DNA from: Chloroflexota bacterium
GTDB lineage: Bacteria > Chloroflexota > Dehalococcoidia > UBA2979
Assembly (NCBI GenBank): GCA_002716405.1
Contig: PBBA01000002.1
Location: forward strand, 21,028 to 85,027
DNA length: 64,000 bases
Reading direction: 5' to 3'
The stretch's first letter is position 1. Every line of letters begins with the position of its first letter. This document shows, piece after piece, positions 10,816 through 20,760 of this stretch. The notes under the pieces were generated by a model. The model was not told where the DNA came from. It was given only the letters and a program-made list of their open reading frames with translations, and ran no database searches. The position numbers were made by a program, and so were the translations under genes.

Positions 10816-13128
10816 ATGAACTCAGTTAGAATAAACACGACAGATTGTTTAGCGGAACATTCAGGAAGAATACCAGTTTCAAAAAAATTTCCTATCAATA
10901 ACGATATTGAAATAATCAGAGACAAATGGGGGATACCACACATAAAAGCAACTTCATCATACGATGTGTTTTTTGCTCAAGGCTACTGCCTAGGACAAGA
11001 TAGATTATGGCAATTAGAACTTTTCAGACATCTTGCATTAGGCAGAGCCTCAGAATTACTAGGAAAAGGTTTGATCAATAGAGATCAACAAAATCGAAAG
11101 CTAGGGTTTGGTCGATACGCAGAAGTTGACTGGCAAGAACAAACTGAAATATCAAAAATGATACTCCAAGCATATGCTGATGGTATCAACGCCGCAGCAT
11201 CAACAAATCCCATGCCTTATGAATTTCACATAATTGGAGAGCCAGATAGTCCGCATAAAATGTCCCCCTGGGAGCCTACTGATTCACTCGCAATATTAAA
11301 AATGGTTTCTGCAAATACACAATGGGCGAGTAAATTACAATATGGAAAAATTGCAAATACTCTTGGTGGGCGTGCAGTCGAAGCACTTATCCCAGATATT
11401 CCTTTTAACACTTCATTGATTACACCCGCAGGTACAAAATGGTTAGAGGAAATACATCCTTATGCTGTTGACTTTGAAATTGCAGGAGGAGAACCAGATG
11501 GGATAGTAGGTGCTGGTGGAGGCTCTAATTGCTGGGTGGTTGGAGGAAATAAAACAACCACCGGGAAACCATTAATCGCTGGTGACCCCCACCTTGCAAT
11601 CAGTATCCCTGCACAATGGTATCTACTACACATGGAGTGTCCAGAATTTACCGCCGCAGGACCTTGTTCCCCTGGGTACCCAGGTCCAGTCTATTATGGC
11701 CACAACTCAAAAGTTGCATGGACAATGACACACGCACAAGGTGATCGATGGGACTTGTATCGAGAACTAATAGAATTTAAAAATACTAGCGATACCAATA
11801 ATCAAACTCCACACTCACAATTTGAATCTACCTGGAAACCTCTTAAGAAATTTAACGAAGTATTCAAAATTAAAAATGATGAGCACCAAGAATTAGAAAT
11901 CTGGGAAACACATCATGGTGTAATTATTAGTGGTGATCCGACTACAGACAAAGAAGTAATTGCTGCGAAATGGGAACTCGCGGAACCGACACATGATATG
12001 GACGCATTATGGAAAGTCTTAACATCAAAAAATAACAGCGATCTACAAGAAGCTTTACAAGAGTACGATTCAATCAGTGGTAATTATTGTTTCGCTGATC
12101 AAAATGGTGATATTGCGTATCAATATGTAGGACGAATCCCAAATAGAACTGGCTGGTTAGTACCTGTCCCAGGATGGGATGGGAAACACGAGTGGAATGG
12201 AATTATCCCGAAAAATGAATTGCCTGCTGAACAGAATCCGAATTTAGGGTATATCGTTACTGCAAATAATCGTACAACTTCATCGGATTATCCTCATTAT
12301 CTAAGTTTTTCTTCGACACGTTTTAGGGCAGATCGTCTAAATGAATTAATGGAAGCCATGGACACTTTCTCTATTGAAAATATGGTGTCCTTACAAAGTG
12401 ACATCATAAGTCTGGCACACTTGGAATTTGTACAACATGTAGTTGCGTCTACATTATCTGATCAACTCGCACAAAATTTACAAGCACGCCTAGTCAAATG
12501 GGATGGGAAAATGAACGCGAAAAGTTCAGAGGCAGTATTAGCCAATGAAGCACGTAATCAATTAGCAAAAGTGACAGTAGAACAATATTTTAATTATGTT
12601 GAAGGTTTACCTCCTTTAGCACCAACTTCCCATAATGTCCTGCTAAGTGAAATGAATAAAGATAGCTCTTTAATGCTAGGTCAATTCAATAATTGGGATA
12701 CAGCAATTGAATTTGCATTACTAGATGCGTATAAAACTTTGTCGCAAAAACATGGTACTAATATTGACGACTGGCAATGGGGAAAAGAGCATAAAATTAC
12801 TTGGAAACATAATTTGGGACGAGATCCAGAATTACAACCTATCTTCGACCTAAACCCGATAGAAATGGGTGGCGATCGTAATACTGTCTGGAATGTCGGT
12901 ACACCTCTAGGAGCAACTGGAATGCATGGTGTTAGTTATCGACAAATTATCGACTTAGAAGATCTCAATGCTACACTTGTAGTGATCCCACCAGGTAACA
13001 GTGGTCAGCCAGGATCTCCACACTATGCAGATCATATTAAAAACTGGGTAGAGGTAAAGTATAATCCGCTATTTATAAATTGGGACGATATTCAATCAAA
13101 TAAAGTAAATGAGCTCTACTTAACTTAA
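10816..13128 (+). CDS. Penicillin acylase family Ntn-hydrolase (peptidase S45)
   Basis: RDKWGIPHI, AQGY..QDRLWQ, GSNCWVV (N-terminal nucleophile Ser), AGDPHL, TANN, PGNSGQPGSPHY; no signal peptide. Confidence 0.92.
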   Translation: MNSVRINTTDCLAEHSGRIPVSKKFPINNDIEIIRDKWGIPHIKATSSYDVFFAQGYCLGQDRLWQLELFRHLALGRASELLGKGLINRDQQNRKLGFGRYAEVDWQEQTEISKMILQAYADGINAAASTNPMPYEFHIIGEPDSPHKMSPWEPTDSLAILKMVSANTQWASKLQYGKIANTLGGRAVEALIPDIPFNTSLITPAGTKWLEEIHPYAVDFEIAGGEPDGIVGAGGGSNCWVVGGNKTTTGKPLIAGDPHLAISIPAQWYLLHMECPEFTAAGPCSPGYPGPVYYGHNSKVAWTMTHAQGDRWDLYRELIEFKNTSDTNNQTPHSQFESTWKPLKKFNEVFKIKNDEHQELEIWETHHGVIISGDPTTDKEVIAAKWELAEPTHDMDALWKVLTSKNNSDLQEALQEYDSISGNYCFADQNGDIAYQYVGRIPNRTGWLVPVPGWDGKHEWNGIIPKNELPAEQNPNLGYIVTANNRTTSSDYPHYLSFSSTRFRADRLNELMEAMDTFSIENMVSLQSDIISLAHLEFVQHVVASTLSDQLAQNLQARLVKWDGKMNAKSSEAVLANEARNQLAKVTVEQYFNYVEGLPPLAPTSHNVLLSEMNKDSSLMLGQFNNWDTAIEFALLDAYKTLSQKHGTNIDDWQWGKEHKITWKHNLGRDPELQPIFDLNPIEMGGDRNTVWNVGTPLGATGMHGVSYRQIIDLEDLNATLVVIPPGNSGQPGSPHYADHIKNWVEVKYNPLFINWDDIQSNKVNELYLT

Positions 13129-14043
13129 GAATATTTCAAGTTCTTGACGAGTGGGCATCGCTTCTTGTGCCCCGTGACGAGTGACACATAAAGCTCCTGT
13201 AGCATTACCTATCTTTACAGCTTCCAGTAGATCGAACCCAAGATTCAATGCGGCAGCCAGTCCACCATTAAATGCATCTCCAGCACCAACAGTTGCAATA
13301 GGGTGCACGGGAAATGATGGAACTACCTGAGAAATAATCTCATTTTCAATCCAAGCGCCTAGTTCAGCCAAAGTTACTATTATAGTGCCTCCATATTTTT
13401 CATATAAAAACCTAGCTGCTTGATGAGCAGATTCGAAATCAGAAACATTAATACCGGTCATATCTTCAGCTTCATGCTGGTTAGGTGTAATGATATTTGC
13501 CAATTCAAGAAGTCGATGTGTTTCTTTTCGACTCGGAGCAGGATCCAAAATAACAGTGGCACCCCGAGACCTTGCTTTAGCCATAGCAACTTCTGTAGCT
13601 TGAAGAGAAATTTCTTGTTGCACTAAAAAAATATCATCCTGAGAAATTTCTAAATTATCTATAGCGTTTAATGAATAAACTTCATCAACCAACATATTGG
13701 TACCATATACTGCATTAACGGAATTTTCACCGCTATCATCAATCAATATCATGGCAACACCAGATTGCCCACCCGGAACTGTGCCTAAAAAGTTGGTACT
13801 TACCCCTGTTGATTCAAGATATTCTCGTAGTTCTTTTGCATAACGATCGTCGCCTAAAAGACCTATCATATCTACAGTATCCCTGTTAGATAAAATACGA
13901 GCAGCTGCTACAGCTTGATTCGCACCCTTACCTCCAGGGGTAACTGAAAAATTCTTGCCTTCTTTTGTTTCACCACGACCAGCTATTGATTCTGTTTCAA
14001 TAATAAAGTCAATATTGACACCACCAAGAACAATTATAGACAA
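13120..14043 (-). CDS. rbsK: Ribokinase (PfkB family)
   Basis: PGGKGANQAVAAAR, ILDPAP, ITPNQHE, GAGDAFNGG; TTG start. Confidence 0.88.
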   Translation of the reverse strand: MSIIVLGGVNIDFIIETESIAGRGETKEGKNFSVTPGGKGANQAVAAARILSNRDTVDMIGLLGDDRYAKELREYLESTGVSTNFLGTVPGGQSGVAMILIDDSGENSVNAVYGTNMLVDEVYSLNAIDNLEISQDDIFLVQQEISLQATEVAMAKARSRGATVILDPAPSRKETHRLLELANIITPNQHEAEDMTGINVSDFESAHQAARFLYEKYGGTIIVTLAELGAWIENEIISQVVPSFPVHPIATVGAGDAFNGGLAAALNLGFDLLEAVKIGNATGALCVTRHGAQEAMPTRQELEIFLS

Positions 14044-14173
14044 AATAAATACCTGTCTCTTTTAAATTTTATTTGAAATTAATCTTACTACGCTCTTGAA
14101 CCAAGTCTAGTCAGTGCTACGATGCCAACTGAACATATTAGTTTATTTTGTAACGAAAGAAGGGATTACCTCT

Positions 14174-15340
14174 ATGAAATTACATGAGTTCCAAGCAAAA
14201 GAACTTTTATCACAATATGGGATCCCCATTCCACAAGGAAAAGTAGCTTCAACCCCTGATCAAGTAGTAGATATAGCCAACGAACTTGGTGGGAAAGTAG
14301 TTATCAAGGCTCAAGCACATACTGGAGGTAGAGGTAAAGGAGGAGGAGTTAAGATTGCTAATAGCATCGAAGAAGCTCGTCAAGCTGCCATAGATATAAT
14401 CGGCATGCAATTAATCACCCATCAAACAGGTCCTGAAGGATTACCAGTACATTCAGTTCTTGTCGAAGAACAGATTGAAATTGAACGCGAATTATACCTC
14501 AGTGTAGCTATTGACAACTCATCTGGAATGCCTATAGTTATCGCCTCTGCATCAGGTGGCATGGATATTGAAGAGGTCGCAGAAAATAACCCAGAGGCTA
14601 TTCAAAATGAACTAGTGCACCCTGAGTGTGGTTTCCAAGCATTCCAAGGACGCACCATTGCATTTAAAACCGGATTAGATGGAGATTTGCTACGACCAAC
14701 TACAGAACTAATTAGCAATTTAGTTTCAGCGTTTGAAGACAACGACGGGACGATCGCTGAAATCAATCCTTTAGTGGTAACTAAAGATGGTCAATTAATT
14801 GCAGCTGATGCAAAATTTTCAACTGACGACAATGCCGACTTCCGACTAAAAGAATTAATTGAAAATCGTGATACTTCACAAGAAGACCCACGTGAAGTAG
14901 AAGCACGTGAGTCAGGGATCGACAATTATGTAAAACTAGATGGGAATATTGGTTGTTTGGTAAATGGAGCCGGGTTAGCTATGGCCACCATGGATGCTAT
15001 AAAGTTCGAAGGTGGAGATCCTGCCAATTTCTTAGATATTGGAACAGCTAATAGTGCTGATGCGGTAATAGCAGCATTGAAAATTATTTCTGAAGATCCT
15101 GATGTTGAGGCAGTATTAGTAAATATTTTTGGAGGTCTTGCAAGAACTGACATCATTGCTGACGGAGTCGTTCAAGCGAAAAGCATTGGACTTCTAAAAC
15201 AACCCACCGTAATAAGACTAGCAGGAACTAACGTAGAGGAAGGATTACAGATTCTAGAAGATTCTGGACTCGGCCTAATTCGTGCAGATGGTTTTGCTGA
15301 AGCTGCACAAAAAGCAGTACAAGCTGTAAAAAATAATTGA
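14174..15340 (+). CDS. sucC: Succinyl-CoA synthetase beta subunit
   Basis: MKLHEFQAK, KAQAHTGGRGKGGGVK, EINPL, NGAGLAMATMD, NIFGG; start moved to MKLHE (14174). Confidence 0.96.
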   Translation: MKLHEFQAKELLSQYGIPIPQGKVASTPDQVVDIANELGGKVVIKAQAHTGGRGKGGGVKIANSIEEARQAAIDIIGMQLITHQTGPEGLPVHSVLVEEQIEIERELYLSVAIDNSSGMPIVIASASGGMDIEEVAENNPEAIQNELVHPECGFQAFQGRTIAFKTGLDGDLLRPTTELISNLVSAFEDNDGTIAEINPLVVTKDGQLIAADAKFSTDDNADFRLKELIENRDTSQEDPREVEARESGIDNYVKLDGNIGCLVNGAGLAMATMDAIKFEGGDPANFLDIGTANSADAVIAALKIISEDPDVEAVLVNIFGGLARTDIIADGVVQAKSIGLLKQPTVIRLAGTNVEEGLQILEDSGLGLIRADGFAEAAQKAVQAVKNN

Positions 15341-15361
15341 TCAGAGAATAAGGATTATCTT

Positions 15362-16243
15362 ATGGCAGTTCTATTAAATGAAAATAGTCGTGTATTAATT
15401 CAAGGGTTCGGTGGCGCCGGGCAACGAGAAGCAGCCAATTCAATTGCTTTCGGGACAAATATAGTGTGTGGAGTAACTCCAGGTCGTGGTGGTCAGATAA
15501 TGAACGATGTCCCTGTTTTGAATACTGTTCGCGAAGGAGTTGAGCAATATGATGCTAATGTTTCTTTAATTTTCGTTCCTGCACCGTTTGCTGCTGATGC
15601 TATTATCGAAGCTGCAGACGCAGGGATACCTACAGCAATTTGCATCACCGAAGGTATCCCTACACTGGACATGATAAAAGTCAAAGCCTATCTCGAAAAA
15701 TCAACTACAAAACTAATTGGTCCAAATTGTCCCGGAGTAATATCCGTTGCTGAACGAGCTCGTGCTGGGATAATGCCTGTAGACGTTTATACTCCAGGTA
15801 ATGTCGGAGTAATCTCAAGATCAGGGACTTTAGTCTACGAAAGTGTCGATCAACTAACCCGACTAGGTATTGGCCAAAGTTCTAGTGTTGGTGTCGGCGG
15901 AGATCCTATAATTGGAACTTCTCAACAAGAGGCATTAGCATTATTTGAGCAAGATTCTGAAACGGCAGCTGTAGTTTTAATCGGTGAAATTGGCGGTACA
16001 GCAGAACAAGAAGCCGCCGAATATATCTCAGAGATGAGCAAGCCAGTTGTAGCATTCATTGCAGGAGCTACGGCACCTCCCGGTAGAAGAATGGGACATG
16101 CAGGTGCAATCATTGCTGGTAAAGCAGGGACAGCAAATGCTAAGCAAACCGCCTTACGTAATGCAGGTGCAACAGTTGTCGAGTCACCATCGCTGATTGG
16201 GGAGACAATGATGGAGGTCCTTCGTTCGGAAGGACTGACTTAA
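15362..16243 (+). CDS. sucD: Succinyl-CoA synthetase alpha subunit
   Basis: CITEGIP, IGPNCPG, SRSGTL, GEIGG, RMGHAGA (phospho-His). Confidence 0.97.
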   Translation: MAVLLNENSRVLIQGFGGAGQREAANSIAFGTNIVCGVTPGRGGQIMNDVPVLNTVREGVEQYDANVSLIFVPAPFAADAIIEAADAGIPTAICITEGIPTLDMIKVKAYLEKSTTKLIGPNCPGVISVAERARAGIMPVDVYTPGNVGVISRSGTLVYESVDQLTRLGIGQSSSVGVGGDPIIGTSQQEALALFEQDSETAAVVLIGEIGGTAEQEAAEYISEMSKPVVAFIAGATAPPGRRMGHAGAIIAGKAGTANAKQTALRNAGATVVESPSLIGETMMEVLRSEGLT

Positions 16244-16689
16244 CGATCTTTTGAATCGAGTATTAAAGTCACTGGACCATCATTACATGAATAAACTTTC
16301 ATATGCGATTGAAATTTACCAATTTGCACCGTAATGCTATTGCAATTTTCTAATATCATCACTAATTCATCGAACATTTTTTTAGCCTGTTCTGGTTTCG
16401 CAGCATCAAAATATGATGGTCGCCTACCGCGACTAGAATCTGCATACAATGTGAATTGCGGTACCACAAGAATGGAACCAGAAATATCTTCCAATGAATA
16501 ATGTGGAACATCATTCTCATTTGGAAAAATTCTAAGATTAATTATTTTTCTTACCATCCAATGTACGTCATCCAATAAATCAAAATGACCGACAGCAAGT
16601 AAAATTAATAGCCCTTTATCAATAGATCCAATTACTTTACCGTCAACTGTAACGCTTGCTTCATCGACTCTTTGAAGTATTGCGCGCAT
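16240..16689 (-). CDS. dtd: D-aminoacyl-tRNA deacylase
   Basis: MRAILQRV, QFTLYAD..GRRPSY, NDGPVT. Confidence 0.95.
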   Translation of the reverse strand: MRAILQRVDEASVTVDGKVIGSIDKGLLILLAVGHFDLLDDVHWMVRKIINLRIFPNENDVPHYSLEDISGSILVVPQFTLYADSSRGRRPSYFDAAKPEQAKKMFDELVMILENCNSITVQIGKFQSHMKVYSCNDGPVTLILDSKDR

Positions 16690-16697
16690 TGGAAATG

Positions 16698-16955
16698 TCA
16701 ATCCTCAGTATGATGAGGTTTTTGAGGAGTATCTCCACTGTTTTTGCTTTTTGTAGAAGAATCTCGAGAATCAGTTACGTAAAATCCGTTACCACGAAAA
16801 GCTAAGGCAGGCGTCGATAACTGACGTTCACTTAAAGAACCGCATTTTGGACATAATGCTGGTTCATCACGTTCTCCTACTTTACGCACCAGTTCAAATT
16901 GTTTTCGACATCCACGTTTACTAGGAGTTAAACATCGATATTCATAAGTTGGCAT
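16698..16955 (-). CDS. FmdB-family zinc-ribbon protein
   Basis: MPTYEYRC...C..FE...CPKCG...FRGNGFYVTD. Confidence 0.9.
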   Translation of the reverse strand: MPTYEYRCLTPSKRGCRKQFELVRKVGERDEPALCPKCGSLSERQLSTPALAFRGNGFYVTDSRDSSTKSKNSGDTPQKPHHTED

Positions 16956-17193
16956 ATCACACCTTCGATAAAATTGTCTTTTGCAGTACTGATTATGATC
17001 ACGTGATTTTTTGTATATTGCAAGATTTAGAAACTACTTTCTTAAACAGATAAGCGAAAATTTATATTTATTTTTCTAGCTCAAGAGCTCAATCAAGACT
17101 TATAATGTCATTTCGAATAAGTAAGCTGACGTCTGTCTTAACACCCAGTTAAGATAAATTTATACGTTGGAAGAGGAAATACAGGAGTACAAC

Positions 17194-18078
17194 GTGTCCC
17201 CTACTATAACTATGCAACAATTACTTGAATCTGGTGTACATTTTGGACACCAGACACGTAGCTGGAACCCAAACATGCGTCCTTTTATTTTTGGAGAACG
17301 CAATGGAGTTCATATCATTGATTTAGCACAAACAGTGGTGAGGCTTGAGGCTGCACTTGATAAAATAAAAGAAGTCTCAGCTAGTGGTGACAAAGTTCTT
17401 TTTGTCGGAACTAAAAAACAAGCCCGAATGATTATTCAGAGAGAAGCAGAAGGTATTGGAATGCCTTATGTCAATAATCGATGGCTCGGGGGAACTTTAA
17501 CAAACTTCTCAACTTTGTCAAAACGGATCGAATATTACAATGAACTCAGTTCAGGTTTTGATTTGAACGTCAGTGATGAACTTCTTTCATCGGTCTCAGA
17601 AGATGAAGCTACTGACATCGAAGTAGAGAATAAATCTGTAAAACAAACAAAAAAAGAACGTGTAATGCTACAAAAAGAATTTGAGCGATTAACTCGATCT
17701 TTTTCAGGGTTAAGATCTTTGGAGCGCACTCCTGGAGCATTATTCATTGTTGATCCTGCATTGGAAGAAATTGCTGTTCGTGAAGCAAATCGTGCAAAAA
17801 TTCCCGTTATAGCAATGTGCGATACTAACGCTAATCCTGATCTAATAGACTATCCCATCCCATCTAATGATGATGCAATTCGAGCAATTGAACTAATGAC
17901 TAAACTAGTTTCACAAGCTGTTCAAGAAGGAGTTGCTGTTAGCAATGTCGAACAAGAATTTCAACAAGCTACAGAGTCATCAAGCTCAGAGACAGAAGTG
18001 AACACTCCCAACAATTCAAACAACGATCAAGTTGAACAACAAGTACAAGTCGAAAATGATTCAGAAGACAATAAATAA
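17194..18078 (+). CDS. rpsB: 30S ribosomal protein S2
   Basis: LLESGVHFGHQT..WNP, FVGTKKQA, RWLGGTLTN, DTNANPD, NDDAIRA; start moved to GTG after AGGAG. Confidence 0.97.
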   Translation: MSPTITMQQLLESGVHFGHQTRSWNPNMRPFIFGERNGVHIIDLAQTVVRLEAALDKIKEVSASGDKVLFVGTKKQARMIIQREAEGIGMPYVNNRWLGGTLTNFSTLSKRIEYYNELSSGFDLNVSDELLSSVSEDEATDIEVENKSVKQTKKERVMLQKEFERLTRSFSGLRSLERTPGALFIVDPALEEIAVREANRAKIPVIAMCDTNANPDLIDYPIPSNDDAIRAIELMTKLVSQAVQEGVAVSNVEQEFQQATESSSSETEVNTPNNSNNDQVEQQVQVENDSEDNK

Positions 18079-18102
18079 TTATTTTTTAGAACGGATTTTA
18101 AT

Positions 18103-18603
18103 GTGGTTACTACAGATGAAATAAAGCGATTAAGAGAAGAAACTGGCGCCGGTATTATGGACAGCAAACGTGCGCTTGAAGAAGCAAAAGGTGATTTCGA
18201 CACTGCCAAAAAAATAATTCGAGAACAAGGCATTGCTTCTGCAGCAAAAAGATCTGAACGAGAGACTGAGCAAGGAATAGTTCAATCTTACATCCATGGC
18301 AATGGTAAAATAGGTGCATTAATCGAACTCCAATGTGAAACAGATTTTGTTGCTCGTACAGATACTTTTCAGTCACTAGCACATGATTTAGCTATGCAAG
18401 TTGCAGCTATGGATCCACTTGCATTAACTGTCGATGACGTTCCTGATGATTTTTCAGGATCAAAAGAATCTCATGCACTTTTAACACAAACTTTTATTAA
18501 AGACAGTACTCAGAACGTCAGCGATTTAATCCAGAGTGCAATAGGACAAACTGGTGAAAATATTAAAATTGCGCGTTTTGTACGATTTGAACTTGGAAAA
18601 TAA
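18103..18603 (+). CDS. tsf: Elongation factor Ts (short form)
   Basis: LREETGAGIMD, ELQCETDFVA, GENIKIARFVRFE. Confidence 0.96.
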   Translation: MVTTDEIKRLREETGAGIMDSKRALEEAKGDFDTAKKIIREQGIASAAKRSERETEQGIVQSYIHGNGKIGALIELQCETDFVARTDTFQSLAHDLAMQVAAMDPLALTVDDVPDDFSGSKESHALLTQTFIKDSTQNVSDLIQSAIGQTGENIKIARFVRFELGK

Positions 18604-18634
18604 TTTTTTTAGGTTCTATTCTTTGGAGTCAAAA

Positions 18635-19192
18635 ATGAACCATGAAATAGTTTCAGATATGCAAGAACGCACTGGGAAGGCATATGATTCATATGAGAAC
18701 AGCCTAACGAGCATTCGAACTGGTCGCGCTAATAGTTCATTAGTTGAACAAATAAATGTTGAACACTACGGACAAAAAATGCCCTTAAATCAATTAGCGA
18801 CCCTTGGAACACCTGAAGCACAACTAATTACTATACAACCTTGGGATAGTAGTGCTCTAGAGCCAATTATGAAAGCATTACAAGCGAGCGAGTTAGGTAT
18901 TACTCCTCAGAATGATGGAACACTAATACGTTTGCCTATCCCCCCTCTCACGGAAGAACGACGCTTAGAAATGGTCAAACAGCTTCATAAAAAAACTGAA
19001 GATGCAAGGATTTCCATGAGAAATTCACGAAGAACATGTATAGATACAATTAAACAAACCTTGAAAAAAGGGGAGCTCTCCGAGGACGAAGCGCATCAAC
19101 TTGAAAATGAAATAGAAAAAATTACACAAAATCAAATTGAAAAATTAGAACAACTTGGCAGACAAAAAGAACAGGAACTTTTAGTAGTTTGA
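18635..19192 (+). CDS. frr: Ribosome recycling factor
   Basis: IRTGRAN, IQPWD, PPLTEERR, RNSRR; start moved to ATG after GGAG. Confidence 0.96.
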   Translation: MNHEIVSDMQERTGKAYDSYENSLTSIRTGRANSSLVEQINVEHYGQKMPLNQLATLGTPEAQLITIQPWDSSALEPIMKALQASELGITPQNDGTLIRLPIPPLTEERRLEMVKQLHKKTEDARISMRNSRRTCIDTIKQTLKKGELSEDEAHQLENEIEKITQNQIEKLEQLGRQKEQELLVV

Positions 19193-19231
19193 TCTTAGTA
19201 TCCTTTCTTAAGACCAAGGAAAAGTGACCTA

Positions 19232-19960
19232 ATGCAAGCCGCACAAACCTACCCATCACATAATGTTGAACATATTCCATATCATGTTGCAATTATCATG
19301 GATGGAAATGGACGTTGGGCAAATATTCGAAAACTCAATCGCACAGAAGGTCATCAAAAAGGAGCGAAAGCTATCCCAAGTATAGTAAAGGCATTCGGAA
19401 AACGTGGTGTAAAAATGCTAACACTATTTGGTTTTTCAACAGAAAACTGGGGACGACCAAAATCTGAAATAGATGCCATATTCGGTCTCGCAAAAGATTT
19501 CATTGATGAACATCTAGAAGAATTACATCAAGCAGATGTAAAATTAAACCATCTGGGAAGCACTGAAAAATTACCATATTGGCTAAAAAAAAGAGTGCAA
19601 CATGCTGTACAAAAAACTTCCAATAATTCAGCTATGACACTAAACATTGCTTTCAACTATGGTGGTAGAGCAGATATCATTTCAGCTATAAAACAACTTA
19701 TAGAAGAAGAAATTGCGACAAATGAAATTACAGAACGTTCAATCAGTAATCGCCTTGCCACAGCCGGTTTACCTGATCCTGATTTGTTAATACGCACAGG
19801 TGGTGAAAATCGCCTGTCGAATTTTCTAGTATGGGAAGCGACCTATACTGAATATTATTTTACTGAGACACTTTGGCCAGACTTTGGACCATCAGATATT
19901 GAAAAAGCGATTACAGAGTACGGAAAACGCCAACGCAGATTTGGCCTTGTAGCCGATTAA
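19232..19960 (+). CDS. uppS: Undecaprenyl/polyprenyl diphosphate synthase
   Basis: HVAIIMDGNGRWA, FSTENWGRP, NYGGR, RTGGENRLSNF. Confidence 0.96.
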   Translation: MQAAQTYPSHNVEHIPYHVAIIMDGNGRWANIRKLNRTEGHQKGAKAIPSIVKAFGKRGVKMLTLFGFSTENWGRPKSEIDAIFGLAKDFIDEHLEELHQADVKLNHLGSTEKLPYWLKKRVQHAVQKTSNNSAMTLNIAFNYGGRADIISAIKQLIEEEIATNEITERSISNRLATAGLPDPDLLIRTGGENRLSNFLVWEATYTEYYFTETLWPDFGPSDIEKAITEYGKRQRRFGLVAD

Positions 19961-19968
19961 AGAGAATA

Positions 19969-20760
19969 TTGCTTTTGTTGAATAAAAGAATAGTTGTAGC
20001 AATTATTGGGTTACCGATGACAGTGCTATTTATACTGTCACCAGAACCAATTTTTGCAGCAATTACAGAAATAATCTTAGCCATCGCAACAATTGAACTC
20101 ATTAAAAACTGTGTAAATAACAATTCGAAACACGAACTTTTAATTATGCTTACAGCTGCTGCAACGACTGCATTTATTACTGCGTTTATCCGCGTAGGGG
20201 CGCAAGATGGAGTTTGGGTTATAGTAATTCCAACTATATTTCTAATATGGTCAATTTTTACATCTTATAATTGGACAAAAACAATATTTTTTTGGTGGAT
20301 AGCTTCTGTTCTATATATCAGTACACTGGGCAGTCATTTTATATTGATTAACCAAATAAATAACGGACAAAATTGGATAATATTAATGTTAGGTATCGTA
20401 TTCGCGACTGATACTGGAGCCTACACAGTAGGAAAGATGTTCGGGAAACATAAATTAATTCCCTCTATCTCACCGAATAAAACTTGGGAAGGCGCAATAG
20501 GGGGTTACATAGTAGGTACATTAATAGGTGGAGGAATTATCTATATACTAAACATCCATTTAAGCACATCTTTAATTGTCTTACTAGTTTGTCCAATAAC
20601 GGCAATAATCGGTGACATAATCGAATCACAAATTAAAAGAAAACTTTCAGTTAAAGATATGTCAAATATTTTACCCGGTCATGGTGGTATCTTAGATCGT
20701 ATAGATTCTATTTTATTCACTGCACCATGGGTCTATTGGATAGTTATATGGATGAACTAA
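19969..20760 (+). CDS. cdsA: Phosphatidate cytidylyltransferase
   Basis: DTGAY..G, SPNKTWEG, KDMSNILPGHGGILDRIDS. Confidence 0.95.
   Translation: MLLLNKRIVVAIIGLPMTVLFILSPEPIFAAITEIILAIATIELIKNCVNNNSKHELLIMLTAAATTAFITAFIRVGAQDGVWVIVIPTIFLIWSIFTSYNWTKTIFFWWIASVLYISTLGSHFILINQINNGQNWIILMLGIVFATDTGAYTVGKMFGKHKLIPSISPNKTWEGAIGGYIVGTLIGGGIIYILNIHLSTSLIVLLVCPITAIIGDIIESQIKRKLSVKDMSNILPGHGGILDRIDSILFTAPWVYWIVIWMN

Noticed and set aside
18103-18603. EF-Ts of only 166 aa, possibly truncated
   Set aside because: Short EF-Ts forms are established in several phyla and all core motifs are present
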